Source: Isurus oxyrinchus (Eukaryota). Taken from it: a DNA stretch of 64,000 nt. The notes beneath the pieces were generated by a model. That model saw nothing but the letters and a program-made list of their open reading frames with translations, was not told the origin of the DNA and searched no databases. Where the stretch lies: assembly GCA_026770705.1 (NCBI GenBank), contig JANJGN010000008.1, positions 137,330,001-137,394,000 on the forward strand. Direction: 5' to 3'. A program made the translations under genes and the position numbers. Below, piece after piece: positions 38,023 to 50,579 of this stretch; position 1 is the stretch's first letter; each line of letters opens with the position of its first letter.

Positions 38023-39010
38023 TGTTAGTAAACTTTACCTTGTGCTATGTACAGCATTAGGCTTCACATAGAACTATCTCACAGCATATTCTGTTGTCAT
38101 AAGACTTTACATCACTGATGATGTAGACTGTCTACTTACATATTTAACATTAACCCTTTATACTACATCTCCCCCCCAAGTCTCTGATCATATTAAATAC
38201 ATTATTTACATTATACTACATCTCCCCCCCTCCCCCCAAGTCTCTGATCATATTAAATACATTATTCACATTATCCTACATCTCCCCCTGAAGTCTCTGC
38301 TTTCATCCCTGGTTCACAGAGATAGCTGTTGTGGTAGTTTCACCAGTCTCCCCAAACTTCTTCTCAGCATTCTCAGGGGATGTATACGATTCAAGCTCCC
38401 CACGCTCTCTCTTGAACTCAGTAGAATGTGAATCATCAGAGACTATTAGTTCCCTGTTCAGATTGTCTTCCTGATCGTCTGGGCAGTTGGTCCATTCCAT
38501 TGAAGATCTCCTTGTAGATATGAGTGCACTTCTGTTTCTTCTCACGCTTCCATTTTCAGTCTCAACAAGATAGGCTGTAGTGTTTTTTCCAAAAATTGAC
38601 CTTTGCAATTCTAGCCATGAGTCCATACTGATTCACCTGGCTCAATTTCTGTTAAATCCTACACTCTATGGCATTGATTGCAGTTTCTGGTTTGACTTGC
38701 ACAATACTCATTCTCTTTCTCCCTTGCTCTCTCTATATCTGCTGCTTTGAGACATGGCATAAGCGCATGCGGAAGAACAGGAAGTTAGGTTCATAGTCAT
38801 CCTCCCATTAGAAGTTCAGATGGAGCCAAAATGTTCTGGGATGGTGTGGAACGGTAGCTCAACAGTGCCAAGTTGGTACTGTCATTTTTCTTCACCAAAG
38901 TCTTTACTGTCCTTACTCTTTATTCAGCCTGTCCATTAGCTGGTGGGTGAGCTAGCCGTGTGGACAAATCTAAAACATTTGTTTGCAAACTGTGGGCCAT
39001 CATCTGAAAT
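38023..39010 (-). mobile_element. Gypsy/Ty3 LTR retrotransposon 3' remnant: integrase, PPT, 145-bp 3' LTR (38167-38023)
   Basis: ISDDGPQF, ANGQAE.RVRTVK, LLSYRSTP, APSELLMG and YLVETENGSVRRNR motifs. PPT GGGGGGAGA abuts a TGTAGT...CTAACA LTR. Confidence 0.8.
38161..38299. repeat. Tandem repeat, ~2.5 units of 53-60 bp spanning the PPT/LTR junction
   Basis: TACTACATCTCCCCCCCAAGTCTCTGATCATATTAAATACATTAT repeated. Confidence 0.9.
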
Positions 39011-39999
39011 GTTTAGATCATGAGGAGTACGTGGTGGGGGTGAGAGGGTGTTAGGAGTGAGGGCTAGAGGGCTGCTTTTCATTTCATTCTTTTTCTTACA
39101 AATCCCGGTACACCGAGGTTGGTCTTTCACACAGCCCACCTCCACACCCAGCAGCCCCTGTGAGTTCCTCCTCACTCTTTCCCTGGACGGTGGGCCTGAC
39201 TCCCGTCAACTCCCGTGCCTCCTTCCCTGGAACGAAAATTAGAACATCCAGGGCACTTTCTCCCAAATTGGTTTTGTGGAATCGGGAACTTTCCAGACTC
39301 TTGTGCTCTCGACTCGAGAGCGAAAATTCAGCCCATAGTCTGAAAAGATTGGGCAGCAGTGTTTTGGATGAACTAAAGTTTATGGAATGTGGAGAATGCA
39401 AGCCCAGAAACTTTCCTTCTAAACTGCGTGCATGTGTCCATGCAGCAATCTAGAAGTTAGCAAGTTATTCTTTAAGTTACATGAGCGAACAAAAAAAAAA
39501 TAAAGGCACTGTATATTTAACTGAAAATGTCTCACGCCACAAGAAAAAGAGAGGATATTGGAAGCCAGCTAATAGTGCAAATGGACAGTCAAGCCTGGAG
39601 GTGACAAAGGAATGGATGATGGTTTCGGTAGCAGATGGACAATGGTAAGGACAGGGCTGGGCAATGTCATGGAAGTGGAAATAGGTGATATGCAGTTTGC
39701 AGGTAACGACAGTGAAGTTGGGGGGGGCGGGTGGATTCAATGGGAAGGGCATGCAATGGCTGTTACATGCTCTCAAATTAACTGACCTTCTGTTTTCTTG
39801 TCGGTTTCAATATTCATGTCCTACAGAAGAATCCACACTCAACAAATATCTCATCACTCAGTATTGTCATTGTCCAATTAATCAGCCTCCAGATGTTTCT
39901 TTCCCTGCATCATACATCATATGTACTATTGCCTCACACAACAAAACAAAGCTCCTAAGGAATAAATAGTGAGTATTAAATATTGCATTTCTGGAGTGA

Positions 40000-40320
40000 A
40001 CTAGGTAGTGAGATAGATTAACAACACTGGTCTTTCATCTCTGTGACTTAAGTCTGAATTCAACCTAAACAGTTGGAGCGAGGTTTTTGTTCATTTGTTG
40101 ACCATAAGGATCCGACATAAACCGAGTTTGAGAAGAGCTCACTGAATTCATATTTGGCAAGGTGGCACAATACGAAACTGCCTCAAATTTAATTAGTATT
40201 AAATGGGCAGCCATTCAAAAGTGCCAGAAGGATGGCTGTCTTGGGAAATGCAAAAATTTCATTATGGAACACTTGGCTGAGTGCACAGCTCAAAATATAT
40301 TATCAGGCGATGTCTCACTT
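40000..40320 (+). mobile_element. Ancient SINE remnant, LF-SINE-like
   Basis: GTCTTTCATCTCTGTGACTTAAGTCTGAATTCAACC resembles the recalled LF-SINE 5' region. Not aligned computationally. Confidence 0.3.
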
Positions 40321-40554
40321 TACAATGCATTTCTCCATGACTGAATTGGGTGAGGCTGGCTGCCCAACTTGGTGATTTGTTAATTTTTTAGAAATAACAT
40401 TTGTCAGCCTGATAAGCACAAAATATGAAAAAAAAAAAGGTTTATTTAAAGACTGATAGCCCATGGAATTATTTTTGATTTTGTGGCTAAAGGCTGAGCT
40501 CTTAGTGCAACGATCTCCAAGACAGTAAAGAGTATTTTTATTTCAAAAAAAGTA

Positions 40555-41340
40555 CATAGAATTTACAGCAGCGCTATGTATGTTGCAGTCACCTCAAAAT
40601 TATGAGTGAACTGAGGCCTGACTTGTATACGCCACCCCTTTTCAAACAGGTTTGAGACCGATGTAATTTCCCACTGGCATGAGGCAACTTTGGAAGATGT
40701 GACAGGATTCTGGCGAGCAGCTATTTTACTGAACTTTCATGAGGTGTTAATGAATGCAAATGGCACTCACGCCACTAGCTGGCAGGATAACCGATCCGCC
40801 AATAAACCGCGATCGGGAGAATTGCAAACTGTCTTTACGCCAATGGAAACAGGCCATTTGTCCTACTGACCCATGCCAATGTTAATGCTCCACATGATTC
40901 TCCTCCCATTATATCAGTCTAACCTTTTACTCTGTTCTCCTTCATGTTGTTATGTAGCTTTCCCTTAAATTCCTCTATGCTGTTTACCCCAATCACTCCA
41001 TGTGATAGCAACATATACATTCAAACTACTCGCTAGGTAAAGGAGGTTCTCCTGAATTCCTTATTGGATTTATTGGTGGTTACCTGGTCTTGTTGTCCCT
41101 GACAATTAGGAACATCTTCTCCACGTCTATTCTATCAAGCCCCTTCATAATTTTGAAGGCCTCTATCAGTGTCGTCCTCTGGAGCAAAGAGTTTGTTCAG
41201 TCTTTCCTGATGGTCTCTTATTTCTGGTATCATCCTTGTAATTCTCCAGTGCCTCTATAGCCTTTTTAACAATATTGAGACCAGAAATAAGCACAATACT
41301 CCAGATTTTAGCTAACTGTGGTTCAATACATGTTTACCGT
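40555..41340 (-). mobile_element. Degenerate CR1 3' portion with inserted Harbinger fragment (40571-40840)
   Basis: ACATAGAATTTACAGCA...GAAACAGGCCATT tail split by the insert, then ORF2 C-terminal remnants. Confidence 0.65.
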
Positions 41341-42769
41341 AATGGGTGGGATTTTTCACATCCTGCCTATGGCGGGTTTAGTGATGGACGGGAGTGGAGA
41401 ATCCAGTGGTAGGCAAAAAGTCAGAAATCCACCAGCGTGAAAACAGTTTGCAATTTTCCTGATGGCAGGTTAATGATGGGTCTGTTATTCTGCCGACTAG
41501 TGGCGTGAATGCTATTTGCATGCATTAACATCTCATGAATGCTCATTGAAACAGCTACTTTCCAGAATCCTGTCACGCTTTCCAAAGTTGCATCACGCCA
41601 GTGGGAAATTATATCGGTCTCAAGCCCGTTTGAAAAAGGGTGGCATGCACAAGTTAGACCTCAGTTTGATCATAAATTCGAGGTGAGTGGAACATACATA
41701 GCCTACCTGCCATAGTGCTGTGCCGGTCTCATTGAGATGAATGCCACACCAGTGGGGCTGTAGGTTTGGTCTGCCCCAAATTTACCTACATTGTTCCGAG
41801 GAACACCACTGTGCTGCGGTACTCATGCAGGCCTCCACTTTCAGACAGCAACCAACAATACGGCCTTGGTTTGGGAGCATAGGGGTCTTCTACTCCTGGT
41901 GGTTGAGACCATTGTCCACAAGGACACCACTGTGCAGTGGTAGTCAGGCAGAACTCCACTTTCCGAAACTAACACTTTGACCAGCAGTGGCTTGTGAGGC
42001 GAGGGTGGAGATGTCGAACACAAGCTGGGCAATGGGGAAGGAAGGTTGTGTAAAAGCTGTGAGTGGGAAGGGCAAACACAAGTGGGCCTTTCTGGGGTCG
42101 CCCTCTAACTTGTTGCCGCAAGAATGAACAGGAACCTGTTTAGAGAGAAAGGCGGAAGACCTCCTTGGGATGAAAGCTACTGAAAGCCAATGGTTTTATT
42201 AGCACTGTTAAAGGGCTACTTAGAACTCAGTGGCTTCACATCATAGATGCTGCCCCTCAAGAATAACACATAGGAATTTAGAATTTGGGAATGTAGGCAA
42301 TAGTGAAGGAGGTACAACTACATCATATATGGCATTCTGTCAATGACGACCTGTCACATGTTCAACAGATGTGACACTCCTACTGGGCCAAAGGGCATCT
42401 ATTCATTGACCATGAGTAACTGTTTGGTCATTAATATGCCACATCAGAGATTGGAGCACGGAGCTAGGTTGGGTCACTCATTTCCATTAAACCTTAGCAC
42501 TCCACACAGGGCTCAAGATGTTACATATCTGTGATGCCTCTTTGTCACCTTGATGTGTGTGCTGGTGTCTCAGGGACAAGGCAGCATCAGCCATCAAGCA
42601 AGTAGGGCAGGAAAACCTATGGACCCTTACAGTTTCCAAACGTGTCATCCTCTGAGCTTCACTTTCTTACCCCTTGAATCATTAATGACTTCAATGTTTC
42701 CTTTCAGAGAGAAGGCAAAAGCATATGTGGATCCAGGGCTCAATTCTGCCTTTGTCAGGGTCCTAATGA

Positions 42770-43870
42770 AATGGAGAGAGCAAGGAGGGAGAGGCAATGC
42801 CATGCACAGCTCCAGCAGAAGGCCACGTCTGAGGGACATGAACAGGAGGGCCAGTAGGAGAGACCCAGACAATGGGGGTGACTTGCTAGACCTAGGGTTT
42901 ATTGTAGAAGAGTGTCTATTTACAAATGAGTGAGAGGCAATGCCATGCACATCTGCGATTGTCCTAAGCTCTGGTACATCACACATGCCACATTCTTTCT
43001 GAAGACCTGATGCCACGTGGAGTTGGAGGGTATCCCCTGCCGGCTTTGAAAGTAACCGCAGCGCTCAATTTCTTTGCCTATGGGTCTTTCAAGGATCAAC
43101 AGGAGACCTGTGCAGCATCTCTCAGTCCGTAACACATCAATGCATAAAAGAGGTCAAAGATTTCCCTTACAGGAAGGTTTGTCTGGATGAAGATGGCCAG
43201 GCTGCAAGATTCACCAATTTTGCAGCCATCTCAGACTTCCCTAGAGTGCAGAGTGCAATAAACTGCACACATGTGACTATATGGGCCCCATGGCAGCAGC
43301 CACTAATGTTTATAAACTGCAAGAGCTATCATTCCATCAATGTACAACTGGTGTGTGATCACCGGAAGCACCCATACTGCACCTTTGTGCATGATATCCT
43401 GGGAGTTGCCATGATTCCTACATTCTGAGTCACTCACAATTTCCTGAGATTTTCAAGAGACCATTACGTCTGCAGGAATGGCTGCTTGGGGATAAGGGAT
43501 ACCCACTGAAACACTGGCTGATGACATCGTGGCATTGTCCTCAGAGTCATTCCAAAGAAGGTTACCTTGCTGATCAGAGAGCTTCTGACAATGCATTTAA
43601 GATGCTTGGACCGCTCAGGGGGCTCACTACAATACATTCCTGACAGGGTTTCCCACATCATCGCAGCGCTGCACCCTTCACAATCTGGCACTGCAAAGAG
43701 ATGACCCCCTTCCTGAGGGTGAGCTGGAGGAGAATGAGAGCTCACTGGAGGATGAAGAGCTGGAGGCGCAGGAAGCTTAGGAGGCTGCTGAACGTCAGTA
43801 TGAACGTGATCACACTGTGGAGGAAGGAAGACTTGGGAGACATGCCCGTGATACTTTAATTCCAGCAAGA
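42770..43870 (+). pseudogene. Harbinger transposase, disrupted
   Basis: ALKVTAALNFFA.GSFQGSTGDLC, FPRVQSAINCTHV, KSYHSINVQLVCDH, LLGDKGYPL and FRCLDRSGG-like motifs. Confidence 0.88.
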
Positions 43871-44559
43871 GTAAAGTTAAATGAGGGAATATGGCTACAT
43901 ATTCCCTAGCCCTCAATATAATTCCCTTTCATCTCAGAGGATCTCCAACCACTTGCAGCGAGAACGAGTCCTGTATTCACACTTGCATGTTCTGGCCTCC
44001 TGCATCGCCAGGCCATGATCTCTGCTTTGGCCTGCGGTGCCCTGTGAGTGAACTCACTCTGGGAACGGAGAGTGCACTGAGGAACAAGAGTGATGCGAGA
44101 GAAGACTTGAAGCTTTTGGTGCCATCTAATGATGCAAATACTGATGCAGCTGAGATGTGGACATGCCTAGGGATCTCCCCCGTGCATGTCTTTTCTTCTG
44201 CCACTACCACTGAGGAGTCATAATTGCTGGTAAAATATCAGTGCTGATGAGCTGCCCTCATTCGACGGTGTTCCTTGAGGAAGAAGGGTTAGAAGCACTT
44301 ATGTCACACATTTCAAATAAAGCTTTAAACACATCTTCCTGACATCACACAAGAATGCAGAGACTAGTTCATCTGAGGCTGACATAACATGAATGATAAT
44401 CTCACAGTGGGACACCATGACTGAGTGGGAGAAAGGCTAAACTTCGACATAAGAGGATTCCAGTGTACAAATTCACTGCACCTTCAGTTGGCCAAAACAT
44501 TCACATAACCATCAAATAAATTCACATAAGTGCAATTTCTTTACAGTTACAACACACCT

Positions 44560-46337
44560 GTGATCCAAAAGTGACATCAAAATCCCTTTACTTTCCTAAC
44601 TCTGCTGCTACGCCTGGGTGTAGCCCCGACATCCGCAGCAGAGATGGAGGCAGCCTGCTGACTACTACGTCCTGATGTCTGTGATGACCTTAGCAGGCGT
44701 ATTCTGGTGGCCTGAACCCTGGAGGGCCCTGGCCTGATAAGTGCATCCTGCAGTGGTCTGAGTAGCTGGAGTGAATGGGGTCACATGCAGAGGGAACTAT
44801 AAGCCCATGCACACCCTTGGAGTGTCCTTACAGGAGGCCCCTGGGGTGTCCGGATGACACTCATCTTCCCTGTGGGTGCCTGAGGGCCCCATCCTGACTC
44901 CTGCAGGTGATGGCGCACCTGGAGGGAGGTCAAGGTTCCTCGTCCCCATGTCACCTACATCCTGATTGTGCCCACCAGGCTGTGTGGCCAAGGAGTGCAG
45001 AGCAGAGCACAAATCCAGCAACAGCTGCTGGACCAAGGTCTCCATGGTGGTCGCCAGCCTTCCCATGGTGACCTCGAGGCGCTCGCATGATGGAGCCATG
45101 ACATCAGACAGAACACGGATGGACTCCTCCATCATTCGCTCTAGTCTGCTAAGTGACTTTTGAATCTGTGCCTGATGTTCATCCACCTGTCATTGCATCT
45201 CCAGCATTGAGTTGGCGGCTGCTCCCAGAGGCTCATCATCTGACTCGGACTGAGCAGGTGGCTGGTCTCCAGCAGCCCTCCGAGTGCCAGAGACCTGTAC
45301 TGTCCCTGCCTCTGACTGCTGTGGGAAGGATTTAGTGAGGTGTTCTCCAGAATGTGAGCCCGAGCCTAATCTACATCTGTGCCCCACTGACATGTGTGTC
45401 TCTGAACTGGTGGAGGGAGGGTGTGTGTGCGTGCTGTGACGGTTCTTCCAGAGTTTCCTCTTTGGACATGGTCTGGCAGCTTGGACTGGTACTCGACTGG
45501 CTTGTGTGCATCGATCTGCTGATACCTAGAAAATAGAACATAGAATTTCAGTTAATGATCATGAGCATGAGCTATGTAAAACTGCACATGACTCACTGTG
45601 ATTGTCAGGATGATGATTTGGTGGAGCTGTGATCCGTATTGGGTTGGTGGGAGAGGCTGATCTCCTCTTCTCCACAGGAGTGATCCCTGTCCTCCCCAAC
45701 CAGCTCGGCTGCACCCTCCTCAAACTCAGTGAGGGCGATGATGTCGGCCATCCTTCTCCCAGTCTGCGCTCTCTCGTGTCTGTTGTGTGCCAGCTTGGTT
45801 TATATGAAGAAGAAAGAAAGGCATGTGATGAGAAGGGACTGAGCAGAGGTTGGGTGAGATGCATGTCCCCTGTGTCTGGTGAGCCCTCCCCTGAAGGGCC
45901 AGAGGATGGAGGATGAGCAGATGGGGTGGTGGCAATGTGAAAGTCTCGGTGAGTGAACGAGTGTTGATATGTCCCCCTCTAATGATTGTGTGAGATCCCT
46001 GAAGAGAGTAGCTGATTGACTGCATGATGCCATGATAAGAGTTTGACATTGGAGGGAGTTGAAGGATGACTTACCTGATGGAACAGATGAGATCCTTCAT
46101 CCTCTTATTGCACTGGATGGTGTTTCGGGTGTGGTTGCCCACTATGCTGACCTGCTCTGTGACAGCCTCCCAGGCTGGAGACATGAGGCTGCTGTGCTTC
46201 CTGGAGCCATCCTTAGGATACAGGACATACCTATTTGCCTGCACCCCTCTGATCAAGGCCTGGAGTGCCTAGTGGTTGAAATGGGATTCTGCCCTCTTCT
46301 TGAGGCTTTTTGCCACTTTCTCGTGGTTGGAAGACAT
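44560..46337 (-). pseudogene. Spliced Myb/SANT-like Harbinger accessory gene, disrupted
   Basis: Exon 46337-46075 (KKRAESHF..LQALIRGV..AWEAVTEQVS..RNTIQCNKRMKDL, donor AG|GTAAGT), then LAHNRHERAQTG..LTEFEE and coiled-coil exons. Confidence 0.85.
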
Positions 46338-47019
46338 CTCTGCACATGTCCTGAAGATAGTTGCACTGGAGAAAGTGAGATTATGTTTTGGTCTGACATT
46401 TGAATGTGGTGTCCGGGTGTCAACCCCTCCAGCTGTCAGCGGGCAGATGAATCAGCTCCTGGCCCATCGGGTGATTTGGCCTGATACTTGTCTGTGTGTA
46501 ATGAATAAGTTTCCAAGCGCGGAATCAGGCACAAGTTCCAGCCATTCCAGTACTGCCAAAACAACCCATCGCCACAGTTAGTCTCAAAATTGGAAAATTC
46601 CACCCAATGTCTCTGCTATTGAATGATCTTGTTGGCCTGTGATGTAAGTAGTTAAAGAGAGAGTAGCTATACTATACAGACCAAGGCATCCTGAATTGTG
46701 TGAGCTGATCTCAGCCAAAGCAATGGTAGGAGCTACGCAATTGGCCTCAGCCTCAGGGTTGGTGAGGCAAAAGAGAATGCAGTGCTCCCAACTGCAGGAC
46801 AATGGCCACCTACTTAGGCGCAAGCATAGCAGAGCAGATTGGCCATGCCTGTTGAACTGTACACCAGTGAACACTTTTTGGGGGTGAGGGATAGGGAGAA
46901 AATGAATGGAGTCAAAGGGGAAAGAAAGAAAGCTCCCACTCCCTGAGATCAGCTGGCTACCCAATTGGTTAAACAGGAACATGAAGGAAAAAGAAAGATG
47001 CCTCAAGGTGCAACAAACA

Positions 47020-47540
47020 TTTGGATATTATGTTAAAGGTGTACAGATTCTGATTAGACTCCAATTAAACTCTTGCACTCAGTCTAGAGCACCACACTTC
47101 AGGAAACTTTGAAGGGGGTGCAGTGCAGTGCAAACTGATAGCAAGGCTAAAAGGATTAAATAATGAGGACAGGTTGCATAGGCATGCCTTGTATTCCTTT
47201 GACTGTAGGGGTAATTTACTTGAAGTGTTTAAGATGACTAAAGTATTTCACAGGGTAGATGGAAGGAAAGGATTTCCTCTTGTGGGCGAGAGCATAAACG
47301 TACAATTAGAGCCAGGTTATTCAGGAAGCCCTTCTTCACACAAAGGGTGGTAGAAATGTGGAGCTGTCTTCCCAGAAAAGCTCTTGAGTGGGGCGAGGGC
47401 GGGGTGTCAATTGAAAATTTCAAAGCTGGGATTGCTAGATTTTTGTAAGACAAGGATATTAAAAATGATGGAAGTAGATGGAGTTAAGAAACAGATCACG
47501 GAACTGACTTGAGGGCTGATTGGCCTCCATTTGTTCCTAT
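47020..47540 (+). mobile_element. Old CR1 3' fragment
   Basis: GNLLEVFKM, FFTQRVVEMWS motifs and 3' tail. Confidence 0.65.
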
Positions 47541-50500
47541 GGTCCTTCCTTTGAATTTAATTAGTTATTAGTTAATGGCATGATTGTATTTTCAAAAGCT
47601 AGAAGCTTAGAGGAGCAAGAAAAAACTGAAGGAGGTAGAAAATGTTCCAGCTTTGAAAATATGTTAGAGCAGGAGACTGAAAATATAGGGAAGAGGAAGA
47701 TAATGCAAAACACTATATTTGAGCTTTAGAAAGAGTCAGAGTGAAATTTTCACTTGTGCACTGACCAAAGCATTATCAATAGAGAGAGTGACAATCAACA
47801 AAGATTATAATGGAGAAAGAGTGGTTGGACCCGAGTGTTGAAAATATTTGCTAAGTTATCGAGGTGGAATTGAAAAAGATAAATGGGTGCTTTTAGTGTG
47901 ATAGCATTGTTGTTTACAACTGCATGAAGAACAATGCCTTATAATTTAATTTAAGGTTAACATAGGTGTTAACATGACTCTGGCACCACCTAAGCATTTT
48001 GCCCAATTCTTTTTATATGTTTACATAGCATCCCAAAATAAAATAGTATGCAGCTGTTACAGATCTTCTATGAACAAGAAAGCAATTAGCAGGCAGGTTT
48101 TCTAACAAGACAGCATCCCTTTAAGATGCATAGGTCTTCGGGCTGGTACAATTTCTGGTTAATGTAAGTCAAAGTTATCATCAAGAACTATCTGAAATTG
48201 TGAAATGCAATGCTGATATATCTTTAAGAACCATTAGCTCAGGCTATGCTAACATAACCTTTCAATGGTTAAAATGGCATTAGTTTAGATGTTAATGCTT
48301 ATTTTGTCCGCCACAGAAGGAAAATATGAAATAACTGGGAATAAACTGGGGTACAGGGATCACACAGCTACTGCACTTAGACTAATCAAATGCAATCTTT
48401 TCCACTGCTTTCATTCTGTCAACAAAGTAACTTAAAACTGCGCCTGCTGGCTCGGGAACTCTCAAAACCTGCAGAGTCAACAGAAGCTAAATCATGATGG
48501 AATGGGTCTGACACCTCACACACAGTCCTTCATTCAGCCCGAATTGCTTTGAAATGGATTCAAATTTAATCTTAAATGCAATACAGCAGATCGGTTTTGA
48601 GGTGTATTTTCTTAGTAATGAATTCGTATCTGTTATGGAAAAAAAATAAAAAGTTGTTTGTTTGCTTAAGGCCAGTAAACTTATGATTAGTTAGCACTGA
48701 GTCACAGATGAAGGCACTGAGCTGTGTGCCTAAAAGCCATTAAAAGAATAAAGAAGGCCAAAAAAATCTTGTAGATTTCTGCAATATATCTTTAAGTTCA
48801 CCTTGTTGAATGTTTAAACATTTTAAGTGCCAAGCTATTTTTAGGATGCTTGTGCGTCCAAATATTCAATACAAGTGATTAACAATGAGCAATGAGCAAA
48901 TAATTCTAGAGTTGAACAATCAGGGAGAGTTGCTGCTTTATTAATTAATTCCTTTTGGCTTTTATTTATCCAGGACAATGTGACCTTTCAGCCAAATGAG
49001 GGGGCAGGCTGGATGATACAAACTATCAATGGAACCGTGACTGGTAGAATGATAGAAGGAGCCCATTTGCCTTATTGTGCCTGTACCTGTCCATAAACCT
49101 GCAAAACTCTCCCCTTTCAAATATTTGTCCAATTCCCTTTTGAATGTGATTAGTGGATTCACTTCCTTCACCCTTTCAGGCAGTGCACTCCAGATTATAA
49201 CAGTTTGCGATCTAAAAGCGATTCTCGTCACCTGGCCTCTGGTTATTTTGTCAATAACTTTAATCTGTGACTTTTCTGTCGCTGGCAACAGTTTCTTCTT
49301 ATTTACTCCATCAAAACCCTTCATGATTTTGAAAACAGCTATTAAATGACCCCTTAACCTTTTCTGCTCTAAGGGAAACAACCTCAACTTCTCCAGTCTC
49401 TCTACATAACTGAAGTCCTGCATCCCTGATACCATTCTAGTAAATCTTCTCTGAAACCTCTCTGAGGCCTTGACATCCTTCCTAAAGTGTGGTGCCCAGA
49501 GTTGGACACAATACTCCAGTTGAGGCCTAACCATTGTTTTGTAAAAGTTTAACACAATTTGCTAGGTTTTGCACTCTATAGCCCAGATTTTTATGCCTCC
49601 GTCCATGTTGGAATGGAGGCGGGGAGATCAAAAAATGGTTTCGGAATTCCCATCTCTTCATATGGGATTTTTATAACCATGGGATAAGGTGCGGGTAGTG
49701 AGGCCATACTCGACAATCCCACCCTTGCCTATTCCATTGCAGAAGTGGGCATTTCAGAATGAAGAACCAAAAAGTGTCACCTGCTCCTGGAATTCTTTCA
49801 TTGACAGGTTTTGAAATACAAAAAAATGTTCTTTCAGTTTCAATAGTTAGATGATCTTTTGTAAACTAGATGTGTTTTCAATGTAATAATTGATTATTGG
49901 TCTCTGTCCTGCAAATTAAGTTGACCATTACATTGAACATCATTTGGTAAGTGTTAACATGCTTTATAGTACCTTTCCAATTGAAGAAAGTGCTATAGTG
50001 CATTCAAAACTGTAAAAAAATGTGCTGGGAAACTCCCCTGTTATGTTTTGGGTACAGATTTAAATGTCCAACAATCTTTAGCTTTGAAGAAGATGCTCCT
50101 GCTGTTGAAATTTTTAAAAATATCTGAGCATCTGCTGCACTCTATTGATTAACAGCCAATCTACTTTGAAATGTTAATGAAACAGCAGCTTGCAGCTTTA
50201 AAAAAAAGCCAATAGTTATTTCAGTTTCAATGGACTCCATAGATGACATTTTCCAGGATTTGCCTTTTTGTTATGAAGGCTTGGCTCAGTTTCAAAATGT
50301 TCAGAAACATTTATCACAGCAGTGCAGCTGCATTTACATTTTGATTGACAGTTTTAAAAGGATATTAAAGGATGAGTGTTTGTTTTTATAACTGATTGAC
50401 TATTTGAGTGGATTTCCATTTCTTTTAATGGATTTTATGGATGAGAGTTTTTTCTTCAGTATGTAGTGTCCTTGAATATGAGAGTTTGATTAGAATGTTC

Positions 50501-50579
50501 GAAGTTTTCATTATGTAAGAATAAGAAACCCTTGCCTAACAAGAATCTATCTACCTCTGCCTTTTTTAAAATCTACAAT

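Larger units (their letters stand above)
37440..39700 (-). mobile_element. L2 LINE remnant split by nested insertions (probable MITE 37796-39538 containing Gypsy remnant)
   Basis: IIHSFVTSRLDCPFALLAG (L2 RT C-terminus) at 39560-39650, L2-like 3' sequence at 37440-37795. Confidence 0.55.
41344..46605 (+). mobile_element. PIF/Harbinger DNA transposon, copy 2 (family B, related to 9876-11734)
   Basis: TIRs GGGTGGGATTTTTC / GGAAAATTCCACCC, TSD AAT on both sides, convergent transposase and Myb gene. Confidence 0.92.

Noticed and set aside
38161-38299. Repeat units resembling a CRISPR-like array
   Set aside because: The inter-repeat sequence is itself repeated (no unique spacers) and the context is a eukaryotic LTR retrotransposon.
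42790-42951. 20-bp direct repeat GAGAGGCAATGCCATGCACA
   Set aside because: It is short, lies inside a decayed transposase, and has no evident function.
48317-48426. AG/GT-bounded open segment (GKYEITGNKLGYRDH...)
   Set aside because: Isolated, weak donor, no homology recognised.
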